Positions 41,460 through 53,029 of a stretch of DNA of 64,000 nucleotides are shown in pieces. Position 1 is the stretch's first letter; the number at the start of each line of letters is the position of its first letter. The stretch spans positions 448,001 through 512,000 of the forward strand of contig CAWEYL010000003.1 of NCBI GenBank assembly GCA_963813335.1, given 5' to 3'. The stretch is from an uncultured Chloroflexia bacterium (lineage in GTDB: Bacteria > Chloroflexota > Limnocylindria > Limnocylindrales > CSP1-4). The translations under genes and the position numbers were made by a program. The notes beneath the pieces were generated by a model. The model saw nothing but the letters and a program-made list of their open reading frames with translations. It did not search any database and was not told the origin of the DNA.

Positions 41460-41634
41460 TGCTGGCGCAGCGCCATCGATTCGCGAGGCAGGATCCACGC
41501 AACTGCCCGACCGCTGGCAGGAAGCCAGCGTTCGGGGCCGGCGGGAGGCGAGCACCGCGTCTTCGCTGGCTCCTCGCCAATGAAGAGGGGCCGTCAGGCT
41601 CGATACCGCCAGATCCATTGGCGCACAGCCAGCG
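41460..41634. repeat. Array of four 19-bp palindromic repeats (core TGGC-N5-GCCA), exact 52-bp period, unique 33-bp spacers
   Basis: 41460 tgctggcgcagcgccatcg; 41512 cgctggcaggaagccagcg; 41564 cgctggctcctcgccaatg; 41616 cattggcgcacagccagcg. Confidence 0.85.
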
Positions 41635-41722
41635 CGGTCGGGATGATGGGCTGGGATGGACGCGGCCGCCCGATGCCCCGAACGCTCCGCCGCGCCACCC
41701 GCGCCCGGTACAATCTCGCGCG

Positions 41723-42505
41723 ATGACCTCCACCCGTCTTTGGGACCGCGCCGCCGCGCTGCCCGCCCTCCCCGATGGCCGCCGGCGGCCCGAGGTGGCG
41801 GTGCTCCCCGCGGGCGTCCCGAGCCTGGGCGACCTCTTCGACTTCATGCGCGACGCGGAGCTGCGCTTCGCCACCCTGCGGATGCGCATCGAGGACCGGA
41901 CGCAGACCGCCCGCGGCGAGGACTTGACCTCGATGGAGGTGGCGCTCCGCCACCCGGGCGACGCCAAGGTGACCACGACGCGCCAGACGGACGGGCCGCT
42001 CGGCGAGTACGAGGTCTGGATCTCGGACGGCGAGCTGGTCCGGACCTACTCGGGGATCCACAAGCTCGGGACCCAACGCCCGGTTCGCAACCGGCCGCGC
42101 GGCCTGGCCGACCCGGACTTCCCGGGCTTCGCCCAGGTCTACGAGCCGCTCACAGCGCTGCCGTTCGAGACGCTGCCCGACACCTTCGTCCACCCGGCCG
42201 GCTACTGCCAGAACGTGCTCTCGACCGGCCGCGCGTACGTCGCCGGGACGGCGCTCGTCATCGGCCGCGAGGCGATCCTCATCGAGTGCGACCACCCGCG
42301 CACGACCGAGATGGCGGGCGACCGCCCGGACCACCATCTCTCGCTCGCGGTCGACCGCGAGACCGGCGTCATCCTTCGCCTGGTCGAGTCGATCGGTGGG
42401 GTCGAGACCCGGCGGGCCGAGGTCGTCGACCTCGCGCCGGATGCGCCGCTCCAGCCGTCGGCGCTGCAGTTCGTCTTCCCCACCGGGACGACGATGCTGT
42501 ACTAG
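41723..42505 (+). CDS. Hypothetical protein with LolA/RseB-like beta-sheet features, no signal peptide
   Basis: VWISDGELVRTY, LAVDRETGVILR, LQFVFPTG resemble LolA-fold motifs; TACAAT-N8-ATG. Confidence 0.6.
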   Translation: MTSTRLWDRAAALPALPDGRRRPEVAVLPAGVPSLGDLFDFMRDAELRFATLRMRIEDRTQTARGEDLTSMEVALRHPGDAKVTTTRQTDGPLGEYEVWISDGELVRTYSGIHKLGTQRPVRNRPRGLADPDFPGFAQVYEPLTALPFETLPDTFVHPAGYCQNVLSTGRAYVAGTALVIGREAILIECDHPRTTEMAGDRPDHHLSLAVDRETGVILRLVESIGGVETRRAEVVDLAPDAPLQPSALQFVFPTGTTMLY

Positions 42506-42527
42506 CCAGCGCGGGTCGACACAAGCA

Positions 42528-42557
42528 GACGCCCGGCGGACGGATCCACCGGGCGTC
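42528..42557. terminator. Hairpin between convergent genes
   Basis: GACGCCCGG(c)GGA-cgga-TCC(a)CCGGGCGTC. Confidence 0.65.
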
Positions 42558-42581
42558 GTCGATTCCGCGGGGTCCGCGGGG

Positions 42582-44192
42582 TCAGATGATGTCGAGCTCG
42601 CGTTCGATCGCTCGAAGCTCCTCTGGCGTCCCCTGCACCTTGGGTCCCTTGAACCAGTTCTTCGCCGAGACGAAGTACCAGATCGCCGCGCCACCGAGCA
42701 CCACCAGGAACACGACCGGCGTGTAGTTGAAGGTGGTGATGTTGATCGGCAGGGCCTGCGGCAGCATGAACAGGAAGAAGATGAAGACCACCCAGATCGT
42801 GGCCACGATCCCGATGGGCCGGCTCCATCGCCCGAGACTCCACGGGCCTTCCTCGAACTTGTCGCCGGCGCGCCAGCGCAGGAAGACCGGGCTGATGTAG
42901 GCGACGTAGAGCCCGATGACAGCGATCGAGGTGATCGCGAAGTAGGCGACCGGGCTGTACAGATAGGGCAACCCGAGGATGAACGCCCCGACGGCAGCCA
43001 GCCAGATCGAGTTCGTCGGGGTGCGGGTGCGCTTGTTGATCCGGTGCCAGAACGCGCTGCCTGGCACGGCGCCGTCGCGCGAGAACGCGTAGATCATCCG
43101 CGAGTTCGCCGTCACCGACGACATGCCGCAGAAGAACTGCGCGCCGATGACCAGGAGCAGGACGATCATCCCGAGCGACTGGCCGACCGCGTCGATCCAG
43201 ATCTGCACCGGCGGGACGCCGGTGGCGGTCTGCAGCGCGTGGGTGTAGCCGTCGACCTGCGAGCCGTCGGTCCCGGTGAAGACCTTGTCCGGCGTGATGC
43301 CGACGTTCATCGCCACCAGGAGGATGAACCCGAAGATCACCGAGATCACCACGGACCAGACGATCCCGCGCGGTGCGGCCATCTCGGCGTCGTGCGTCTC
43401 TTCGGACATGTGCGCTGACGCGTCATAGCCGGTCAGCGTGTACTGCGCGTTCAGGAGCCCGATCAGGGCGACGTAGAGCGGGATGCCGAAGATCAGGAAG
43501 CCCGGGAACGACGCGTTCGGGTCCGAGCTGGTGTTGTTGACCGCCTTCGAGAACACCGTGCCCAGGTCCGTCCGCGAGTGCTGGTTGAGGAGGACCGTGA
43601 CGATGACGATGACGGTCACGCCGACGATGTGCCACCAGACCGACACGTCGTTGAGGAGCTTGACGATCCTGATCCCGAAGGTGTTCAGGAGCGCATGGAG
43701 GACCAGCATCACGCCGTAGACGGCGATCGTCACCGTCGGCGTCACCGTCACGTTGAAGGCGAGGTTCAGGAACGCGGTCGTGAACAAGGCGAGACCGAAG
43801 TCGATGCCGGCGGTCACGGCGACCTGTCCGATGAGGTTGAACCAGCCGACGAACCAGCTCCAGCGAGCCGGGTCGCGACCCGACTCCGGGGCGAGCTTCG
43901 CGGCCCAGTAGTACAGGCCGCCGGCCGTCGGATAGCTCGATGCGACCTCGGCCATGCCGAGCGCGACGAGGGTGACGAAGAACCCGACGAAGAGCCAGCC
44001 GAGGGTCATGATCGCCGGTCCGCCGACGTTCATCGCGAATCCGAACAGGGTGAGGCAACCGGAGAGGATCGAGATGATCGTGAAGGAGACCGCGAAGTTG
44101 GAGAAGGTCTTCATCCCCCTCCGCAACTCCTGCGCATATCCGAGCTTGTGGAGTTGCTCGGTGTCCTTGGATGCCGCTGGACCGGATGCCAT
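42582..44192 (-). CDS. APC-superfamily amino acid/amine permease
   Basis: LGYAQELRR, FAVSFTIISIL, YPTAGGLYYW, GYDASAHMSEET, SRMIYAFSRDG. Confidence 0.93.
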   Translation of the reverse strand: MASGPAASKDTEQLHKLGYAQELRRGMKTFSNFAVSFTIISILSGCLTLFGFAMNVGGPAIMTLGWLFVGFFVTLVALGMAEVASSYPTAGGLYYWAAKLAPESGRDPARWSWFVGWFNLIGQVAVTAGIDFGLALFTTAFLNLAFNVTVTPTVTIAVYGVMLVLHALLNTFGIRIVKLLNDVSVWWHIVGVTVIVIVTVLLNQHSRTDLGTVFSKAVNNTSSDPNASFPGFLIFGIPLYVALIGLLNAQYTLTGYDASAHMSEETHDAEMAAPRGIVWSVVISVIFGFILLVAMNVGITPDKVFTGTDGSQVDGYTHALQTATGVPPVQIWIDAVGQSLGMIVLLLVIGAQFFCGMSSVTANSRMIYAFSRDGAVPGSAFWHRINKRTRTPTNSIWLAAVGAFILGLPYLYSPVAYFAITSIAVIGLYVAYISPVFLRWRAGDKFEEGPWSLGRWSRPIGIVATIWVVFIFFLFMLPQALPINITTFNYTPVVFLVVLGGAAIWYFVSAKNWFKGPKVQGTPEELRAIERELDII

Positions 44193-44412
44193 ACCCAAGA
44201 CCCTCCTGCACGACGCTGACGGGGAGAACGCGCGGACGCAGGGACCGGGCGGGCGACGTCGCGGAAACCGGGCGATCTCGATCGCGATGGGACTGGGGAT
44301 CCCGCCGGACCGCAGTTCGACCTACCCTCGGCGGTCCACGATAGGGGTCCGCGGGTCGGTGTCAAGATGGATGCCGGCAGGGGCAACACATCGCTGGAGG
44401 TCGAGGACGGAC

Positions 44413-45171
44413 ATGGGCGATCGGCTTGCTGGCAAGGTCACCATCGTCACGGGCGCCGGGTCGGGCATCGGCCGCGCGACGGCGATCCGCTTCGCCGAGG
44501 AAGGGGCCCGTGTCACATGTGTCGACCTCGACCGCGACAGCGTCGAGGCGACCGCGGCCGGGATCGGGGCTCAGGCGTTCGCGGTCGCAGCCGACGTGTC
44601 CGATGCCGCCGCCGTCCAGGCCTACACGGACGCGACCGTCGAGCGCTGGGGTGGGCTGCACGCCGTCTTCAACAACGCCGGGGTCAATCTGCCCGGCGTC
44701 TTCCACGAGGCGTCCGACGCCGTCATCGACCGGACCCTGGCTGTCAACGTCAAGGGCCCGATCTACGGGTGCCGCTACGCCATCCCGCACATGCTCCGCG
44801 GCGGCGGCGGATCGCTCATCAACACGAGTTCGGTCAATGGCCTCGTAGCGGAGCCGTTCCTGGCCATCTATGCCACGTCGAAGGGCGCGATCATCATGCT
44901 CTCGAAGGGGATCGCCCTCGACTACGCGAAGCAGGGCATCCGCTGCAACGCGATCGCCCCGGGGTGGGTGGACACGCCCGTCAACTACGCCCACGCCGAG
45001 ATGCTCGGCGGGCTCGACAAGGTCTACGCCGAGATCGATTCGTTCCAGCCGATCGGCCGGCCGGGCGAGCCGCGCGAGATCGCCAACGTGGCCCTGTTCC
45101 TCGCCTCGGACGAGTCGTCGTTCGTGACCGGGTCGGTGGTCGTCGCGGACGGTGGGATGACCGCCAAATAG
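44413..45171 (+). CDS. Short-chain dehydrogenase/reductase
   Basis: [25 protein letters not shown]. Confidence 0.92.
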   Translation: MGDRLAGKVTIVTGAGSGIGRATAIRFAEEGARVTCVDLDRDSVEATAAGIGAQAFAVAADVSDAAAVQAYTDATVERWGGLHAVFNNAGVNLPGVFHEASDAVIDRTLAVNVKGPIYGCRYAIPHMLRGGGGSLINTSSVNGLVAEPFLAIYATSKGAIIMLSKGIALDYAKQGIRCNAIAPGWVDTPVNYAHAEMLGGLDKVYAEIDSFQPIGRPGEPREIANVALFLASDESSFVTGSVVVADGGMTAK

Positions 45172-45253
45172 GGCGCGGCGCCGCTCGGCGCCGACGTACC
45201 ATGCGCCAGCATGCGGCTCGGCTTGGACGGGGCCGCCAAGGTCGGAGGGACCC

Positions 45254-46651
45254 GTGAGCGACCACGACCACGCGAAGCACCCGCGGCTGATCGAACTCGA
45301 GGAGATGGTCCGCGACGGCCAGATCGACACGATCGTCGTCGCCATCACGGACATGCAGGGCCGGCTCATGGGCAAGCGCGTCCAGGGCCAGGCCTTCCTC
45401 GACGGCGTCATCTCCCACGGCGCCCATTTCTGCACGTACCTCCTCGGCACGGACATGGAGATGAACACGCCCGAGGGCTACAAGCTGATGAACTGGGAGA
45501 CCGGCTATGGCGACTGGATCGCCGAGCCGATCTGGGACCAGCTCCGGGTCCTGCCCTGGCTGCCCGGCACCGCGATGGTCCTCGCCGACGCGGTCGACGA
45601 CGAGACCGGCGCGGAGATCCCGGTCGCGCCGCGGACCATCCTCAAGCGCCAGGTCGCCCGGGCGGCGGAGCGCGGCTACGCCCTGAAGGCCGGCACCGAG
45701 TTCGAGTTCTACGTGCTCAAGGACTCCTGGGAGGAGCTGGCCGAGCGCGGCCATCCGGTCCCGCGCACGTTCGGGCACTACAACGAGGACTACCACCTGC
45801 TGCAGGCCACCAAGGCCGAGCCGCTCCACCGGCTGCTGCGCAACCAGATGACCGCGGCCAACGTGCCGATCGAGTTCAGCAAGGGCGAGGCCGCCAACGG
45901 CCAGCACGAGGTGAACATCCGCTACGACCACGTCCTGGAATCGGCCGACCGGAGCGTCGTCTTCAAGCACGGCGCGAAGGAGATCGCCTACCTCAACGGC
46001 TGGGGCATCACCTTCATGGCCAAGCCCGACCACCACTGGACGGGCTCGTCCGGGCACCTCCACATGAGCCTGTGGGACCTTGCCACGGACATCCCGCTGA
46101 TGGCCGCCGCCGAGGGCGAGCCGGCCGGCCCGTACGGCCTCTCGGAGATCGGCCAGCACTTCGTGGCCGGCATGATGAAGCTGTCGCGCGAGCTGGCGGT
46201 GTTCGTCGCCCCGTTCATCAACTCGTACAAGCGCTACGCGTCGCTGTCATGGGCGCCCGTGAACGTCGTGTGGGGCCGCGACAACCGCACGACCGGGTTC
46301 CGCCTCGTGGGCAGGGGGCCGACGCTGCACATCGAGGACCGCTTCCCCGGCGGCGACATGAACGCCTACCTGACCTACGCCGCGATGATGGGCGCCGGCC
46401 TGTACGGCATCGAGCACGAGCTGGCGCTCGATCCCGAGTTCAAGGGCAACGGCTACCTCGCGACCGGGGTCCAGCGGATGCCGCGGGCGCTGTACGAGGC
46501 GATCGGCGAGCTGGAGCGGTCCGACGCGGCCGTCGAGATCTTCGGGCAGGACGTCGTCGACCACTACCTGAACGCCGCGAAGGTGGAGCAGGACACCTAC
46601 GACTCGGTGGTCCACCCGTGGGAGCGCGAGCGCTACCTCGAGCGCGGCTGA
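45254..46651 (+). CDS. Glutamine-synthetase-like gamma-glutamyl-amine ligase (GlnA4/PuuA type)
   Basis: DMQGRLMGKR, CTYLLGTDMEMNT..WETGYGD, EFEF, GQHEVN, FMAKP..GSSGHLHMS, WGRDNRT. Confidence 0.9.
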   Translation: MSDHDHAKHPRLIELEEMVRDGQIDTIVVAITDMQGRLMGKRVQGQAFLDGVISHGAHFCTYLLGTDMEMNTPEGYKLMNWETGYGDWIAEPIWDQLRVLPWLPGTAMVLADAVDDETGAEIPVAPRTILKRQVARAAERGYALKAGTEFEFYVLKDSWEELAERGHPVPRTFGHYNEDYHLLQATKAEPLHRLLRNQMTAANVPIEFSKGEAANGQHEVNIRYDHVLESADRSVVFKHGAKEIAYLNGWGITFMAKPDHHWTGSSGHLHMSLWDLATDIPLMAAAEGEPAGPYGLSEIGQHFVAGMMKLSRELAVFVAPFINSYKRYASLSWAPVNVVWGRDNRTTGFRLVGRGPTLHIEDRFPGGDMNAYLTYAAMMGAGLYGIEHELALDPEFKGNGYLATGVQRMPRALYEAIGELERSDAAVEIFGQDVVDHYLNAAKVEQDTYDSVVHPWERERYLERG

Positions 46652-47117
46652 TGGATCGTCGGGGGCGCGGCTGGGCGCGTCGCAGGGGCCGCTGCGGACG
46701 GGCCGTGTCGCGGGACGAGTGGCCGTGGGCGCTGCCGACTTCGCCATGGGTGAAGAGACAGCCACGTCTAGCGTGGACAGACGCGCTCGGGGACTTGCTG
46801 TGGCGCCGGCATGTCGTTCGGTGTGGGTGAAGGATCGGGCAGCGAACGCCGCGACCGCGCGGGTCGCGGGCAGTCGGAGGCGCGTCCGCGGCCGGTCGAC
46901 CGGGTTTCGGCATTCACGTCACAGCGAAGGCGCGGGCCGAGGGCGGGCAGACGACGACGGCCGGCGGACTCCGAGTCCGAACTTCCTGCGTCATGTGACC
47001 GGCGCGGGCCGCGCACGCCCCATGCTTCAGAGAAACGGGTCTGGGAGACCGCGACCTGTGTTCGCCGGCCTGACCAACGCCGGCCCGATCGTTTCCTGCA
47101 GAGAAACCGGACTCCTG

Positions 47118-47240
47118 GACCCGTCGAGCCGGGGACCCGTCGAGCCGGGAGCCCGTCGAGCCGGGAGCCCGCCGCGGGGGACCCGTCGAGCCGGGAGCCC
47201 GCTGCGCGGTCCGCCGCGGGAGCCCGCCGCGGGAGCCCGC
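47118..47240. repeat. Degenerate 16-bp tandem repeat (RRCCCGTCGAGCCGGG) in a long intergenic gap
   Basis: Units at 47118, 47134, 47150 and 47180, plus AGCCCGCCGCGGG variants. Confidence 0.85.
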
Positions 47241-47276
47241 GCAGAGCCAGGCGCCAGCGAGCGCCGCGGCCCCCCA

Positions 47277-47954
47277 CTAGCGCCCCGCCGCGACCTCGCG
47301 GAGTCGCGCGGCCACGTCCGGATGGCTGGCGTCGTCGGCCAGGTCGGCCGGGGTGCGGCCCTCGTCGTCGCGGAGGGTCGGATCGGCGCCGGCGGACAGC
47401 AGCAGCTCGACCAGCTCGATGTCGCCGTGCTGCGCGGCCTCGTGCATCGGGGCGTAGCCGCCGTGCTGCCGGGCGTCCACGTCGGCACCGGCCGCGAGCA
47501 GCACCCGGCACACCTCGATATGGCGACCGGCGGCCGCGGCATGGAGCGGCTGGTTCACGAACGGGTTGCGCGTCCAGGCGCCGACATCGGCGCCGTGCTC
47601 GAGCAGGATCCGGGCCGCCTCGGGCTTGCCGAAGAACGCCGCGAAGTGGAGGGCGGTGAAGCCGTCGGCGGAATAGGCGGTGGCGGCCGCGGGGTCGTCG
47701 TCCAGCAGGCCCCGGAGTCGGTCGATCTCGCCCAGCGCCGTCGCCTCGAAGACGTCGCGCTCGGGGTCCGCCGCGACGAGCGCGTCGGTGACCGGGCGGG
47801 CGAGACGGTACCTCGAATGCATCAGTGCCGAGACGCCCGCCTCGTCCCGCGCGTTCGCGAGCGACGGGTCGAGGGCGACCAGCTCGGCGACGAGCGCCGC
47901 GTCGTCGGCGTTGACCGCGGCGATGAGATCGGCGGGCGTCGGGTCCGGGGCCAT
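47277..47954 (-). CDS. Ankyrin-repeat protein
   Basis: GFTALHFAAFFG, QPLHAAAAG, GYAPMHEAAQHG, GRTPADLA. Confidence 0.92.
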   Translation of the reverse strand: MAPDPTPADLIAAVNADDAALVAELVALDPSLANARDEAGVSALMHSRYRLARPVTDALVAADPERDVFEATALGEIDRLRGLLDDDPAAATAYSADGFTALHFAAFFGKPEAARILLEHGADVGAWTRNPFVNQPLHAAAAGRHIEVCRVLLAAGADVDARQHGGYAPMHEAAQHGDIELVELLLSAGADPTLRDDEGRTPADLADDASHPDVAARLREVAAGR

Positions 47955-48034
47955 CACGACGAAGTGTCGCGCATCCGGGCGCGCGAGGTCATACCCTTGT
48001 CCCACGTCACCACTCCGCAACCCGCGAGGTCATC

Positions 48035-48803
48035 ATGCGACTCGCCGACAAGGTCACGATCATCACCGGCGCCGGCGGGGGCATGGGCCGGGTCGCCGCG
48101 CAGCTGTTCGCCAAGGAGGGGGCCAGGGTCGTCGTCGCCGAGTACAGCGAGCCGGCCGGCCGCGACACGGTCGCGATGGTCGAGGCGGAGGGCGGGACCG
48201 CGACCTACGTCAAGGCCGACGTCTCGAAGGAGGCCGACGCGAAGGCGATGGTCGACCACGCGCTGGCGACGTACGGCCGGGTCGACGTGCCTCTACAACA
48301 ACGCCGGGATCATGCCCGAGGCCGACCACTCGGTGATCGACACCGACGTCGCGACCTGGGACCAGGTGATGGCCGTCAACGTGCGCGGCCCGTTCCTGGG
48401 CTGCAAGTACGCGATCCCCGCGATGATCGCCGGCGGCGGCGGCTCGATCATCAACGTCGCGAGCTTCGTGGCGATCCTCGGCTGCTCGGTCCCGCAGGAC
48501 GCCTACACCGCGTCGAAGGGCGCGATCCTGTCGCTGACCCGCAGCCTGGCCGTCCAGTTCGGCCCGAACGGCATCCGCACCAACGCGATCTGCCCGGGCC
48601 CGATCGAGACGCCACTCCTGATGGACTGGCTGCTCAAGGACGAGGCCGCCAAGAACCTGCGGCTCGCGCGCAACCCCACGGGGCGCTTCGGCAAGCCCGA
48701 GGAGATCGTCTTCATGGCGCTCTACCTGGCCTCCGACGAATCGCGGTTCACCAACGGCGCGTCGCTCGTCGTCGATGGCGGCATCACCGTCAACTACTTC
48801 TAG
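48035..48803 (+). CDS. Short-chain dehydrogenase/reductase (frameshift near 48290)
   Basis: TGAGGGMG, then YNNAGI, YTASKG, NAICPGP, PTGRFG, LVVDGG in the shifted frame. Confidence 0.9.
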
Positions 48804-48810
48804 CCGGAGC

Positions 48811-49650
48811 ATGGACGTGGCTGCGGGTCGGATCGCCATCGGGGTCGATGTCGGGGGCAGCGGGGTCAAGGCGGCCGTCGTCGACGTCGAGCTCGGCCAG
48901 CTGCGGTCGGACCGGCTGCGCGTGCCGACCCCGGTACCGTCGACGCCGGATGCCGTCAACGCCTCGATCGCCCGGCTCGTGAAGCGACTGGTCACATCGG
49001 CCGGCCTCGGCCCGACCACCCCGGTCGGGGTGGGGCTCCCCGGCGTCACGATCGACGGCACCGTCAAGACGGCATCCAACATCGATCCGGGCTGGCTCGA
49101 GTTCCCCGAGCGCGAGCGGCTGTCGCGCGTGCTGCTGCGGCCCGTGGCGATCGTGAACGACGCCGACGCTGCCGGGATCGCCGAGATGCGCTTCGGGGTC
49201 GGGAAGGACCGGCCCGGCGTGGTCATCTTCCTGACCCTCGGGACGGGCGTCGGCTCCGGCGTCTTCAACGACGGCGTGCTCGTCCCCAACACCGAGTTCG
49301 GGCAGATGGAGATCCGCGGCCGACCCGCGGAACGGCGGTCGGCGGCGATCGCGCGCGTCCGCCGCGGCCTGTCGTGGAAGGCCTGGGCGCAGGACCTCGA
49401 CGAGCACCTCCAGGCCATCGACACGCTGCTCTGGCCGAACCTGCTGATCATCGGCGGCGGCGTCAGCAAGAACGCCGATCGCTTCATCCCGCGGCTGACG
49501 GTCCGACCACCGGTGGTGGCCGCGACGCTGCGCAACGACGCGGGCATCATCGGCGCCGCGATCGTCGCGATCGAGCACGGGGTGACCGCCGGCCCGCTCC
49601 TCGAGACGCTCGTCCCGCCAGCACGGCCAGACGGCCAGCCGCCCGCCTGA
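48811..49650 (+). CDS. ppgK: Polyphosphate glucokinase / ROK-family sugar kinase
   Basis: GVDVGGSGVK, NDADAAGIAE, LTLGTGVGS, PNTEFG, IGGGVSK, NDAGIIGAA. Confidence 0.88.
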   Translation: MDVAAGRIAIGVDVGGSGVKAAVVDVELGQLRSDRLRVPTPVPSTPDAVNASIARLVKRLVTSAGLGPTTPVGVGLPGVTIDGTVKTASNIDPGWLEFPERERLSRVLLRPVAIVNDADAAGIAEMRFGVGKDRPGVVIFLTLGTGVGSGVFNDGVLVPNTEFGQMEIRGRPAERRSAAIARVRRGLSWKAWAQDLDEHLQAIDTLLWPNLLIIGGGVSKNADRFIPRLTVRPPVVAATLRNDAGIIGAAIVAIEHGVTAGPLLETLVPPARPDGQPPA

Positions 49651-49662
49651 CGAGCGCGTCGG

Positions 49663-50663
49663 TCAGGCCTGGGCGCGCAGGGCTCGGAGGACCTCCGCGG
49701 TCCCCGAGACGATGAGGTTGTCGCCCGACGACGAGCACGCGTCCGGTCGGCGGGTTCGGCTCGTAGTCGCGCTCACCGCGGACGATCGCGAGCGCGAAGA
49801 TCCCGTCCTCGCGCAGCGACCCGACCGTTCGGCCGTCGAGCGGCCCGCCGGGCCCCACCTCGAGCTCTTCGAGCGAGAACGCGAGTTCGCCGTGCGACAG
49901 GGCCGAGTCGATGAAGTCGGCGACCCGCGGGCGGATGGCGAGCTCGGCGATCTGGCGACCCGCCCGCGTGTACGGGGACACGACCCGGCTCGCCCCGGCC
50001 TGGAGGAGCTTCGCCTCGGCGCCATCCTGGTTGGCCCGCGCGACGACGAAGAGTGCGTGATTCAAGGCCCGGGCCGAGAGGGTCACGTAGACGTTGTGGG
50101 CGTCCGAAATCGATGGTGGTGATGAGGCCGCGCGCCCGCTCGACACCGGCAGCGCGGAGCACGTCATCGTTCGTGGCGTCGCCCTCGACGACGAGATGAC
50201 CGTCGCGTGTGGCCTCGCCGAGTGACTCGGGGTTGATGTCGACGACCACGAACGGCTGACCGACGTGGGCGAGCTCGCGGGCCACCGTCGACCCGACTCG
50301 TCCGTAGCCGCACAGGATCAGGTGACCGCGAAGCCCGGAGATCTGCTCAGCCATTCGTCTCGCCTCCCGTCGGCCGCTGACCGTTTCGGAGAGGACCGCC
50401 TCGGCCACGATGCCGATCGATCCGAAGATGATCCCGATGCCGGCGACCGCCAGCGCGACCGTCCAGGCACGACCGAAGTCATCGAGCTCGCGGACCTCCT
50501 TGAAGCCCACGGTCGTGAGCGTGATCCCCGTCATGTATGCCGCGTCGTCGAGCGGCCAGCCGAGCATGACGTACCCGGCGGTCCCGATGGCGACGATCGC
50601 GAGCACGGCAAGCAGCCAGAGGCGGACATGCGAGCCCGTGAGCGCGTCGATGAAGCGCGTCAT
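49663..50663 (-). CDS. Potassium channel with TrkA-N/TrkA-C (RCK) domains; 2 frameshifts
   Basis: TLTTVGF selectivity filter, ILCGYGRVG, GDAT, then NVYVTLSAR..VVSPY and an RCK-C tail in other frames. Confidence 0.88.
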
Positions 50664-50777
50664 GTTGCGATCGTAGAGAGTCCGAACCTGCCTCCGGAGG
50701 GCCATCCGGCATGGCGGAACGGGCCGAAGGCCGGCGTATCATCGCGGCATGCCAGACCAACCCGCCCGAGGTCCCCG

Positions 50778-52264
<1,487 letters not shown>

Positions 52265-52321
52265 CCGGGCTCGGCGCGGCGCGGCGCCGCGGCCGTGGCA
52301 GCCGTCGACCCGGAGGCCCGG

Positions 52322-52804
52322 ATGGCCGACGACGCACCGATCCTGGAACCCATCGGGCGGCACCGACCGCCGGCGATGTGGGTCGGCGGGCTCGTCGCGG
52401 TGCTCGTCGCGGTCGTGGCGATCGCGATCGGCGGGCGGCTCGAGCCGGGGCCGTCGGCGTCGGGGACGGAGCGCGGCGAGGCGGCGGTGAGTTCGGTCGC
52501 GGTGAGTTCGGCGCCGGCAAGTTCCGCGGCGGCCGTGGCGCCGGGCCCGGTTGATTCCGCGGCGGCCGTGGCGCCGGCGCCGGCCGGTTCCCTTGCGACC
52601 ACGGCGCCGGCCACCTCCCCGCTCCACAGCCCCGCGCCGATCTGGTACCGGCCCTCGCCGTGGCCGATGGGCGAGGACGGCCTGGCCGGCGGGACCGTCT
52701 ATTCGTCGCCGTCACCGTCGCCGTCGTCATCGACTGCTCCGGACGCGGGTGGCCTCGGCGTCTCGGGGCATCGGTGGCCGTGGACCGGCAACCCGGCCGA
52801 ATGA
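52322..52804 (+). CDS. Hypothetical single-TM protein with low-complexity Ala/Ser/Pro repeats
   Basis: TM WVGGLVAVLVAVVAIAI; internal direct repeat TTCCGCGGCGGCCGTGGCGCCGG x2; GGAGG before the ATG. Confidence 0.5.
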   Translation: MADDAPILEPIGRHRPPAMWVGGLVAVLVAVVAIAIGGRLEPGPSASGTERGEAAVSSVAVSSAPASSAAAVAPGPVDSAAAVAPAPAGSLATTAPATSPLHSPAPIWYRPSPWPMGEDGLAGGTVYSSPSPSPSSSTAPDAGGLGVSGHRWPWTGNPAE

Positions 52805-52813
52805 CCACCGACG

Positions 52814-52981
52814 GAACGTTATGGCCGGTCGGAGGGCGGCTTCGTGGATCCGAGCCCCCACCGCGACCCTCCTTCGCCCCGGAGATGCACCCTGAGCTGC
52901 ATCAACGGATCGAGGGATCGGCCCGGGAGCCCTGCCTCAAGCGCCGGGATCGGCCATAACGTTCTGCCCATGAGCGTTATG
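52814..52981. repeat. MITE/REPIN-like cassette: 17-bp inverted repeats enclosing a GATGCA-N8-TGCATC palindrome
   Basis: GAACGTTATGGCCGGTC (52814-52830) vs GATCGGCCATAACGTTC (52948-52964), 16/17 match; central palindrome 52884-52903; third partial arm CGTTATG at 52975. Confidence 0.75.
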
Positions 52982-53029
52982 ACAGGTTGCTGAGCCGGGC
53001 GCGGGCCGGCCGGCCGACCGCGGGATCCG

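Noticed and set aside
41460-41634. Calling the 52-bp array a bona fide CRISPR
   Set aside because: Repeats are only 19 bp, have variable loops and mixed orientation, and no cas gene or AT-rich leader is present. Kept as a repeat and finding instead.
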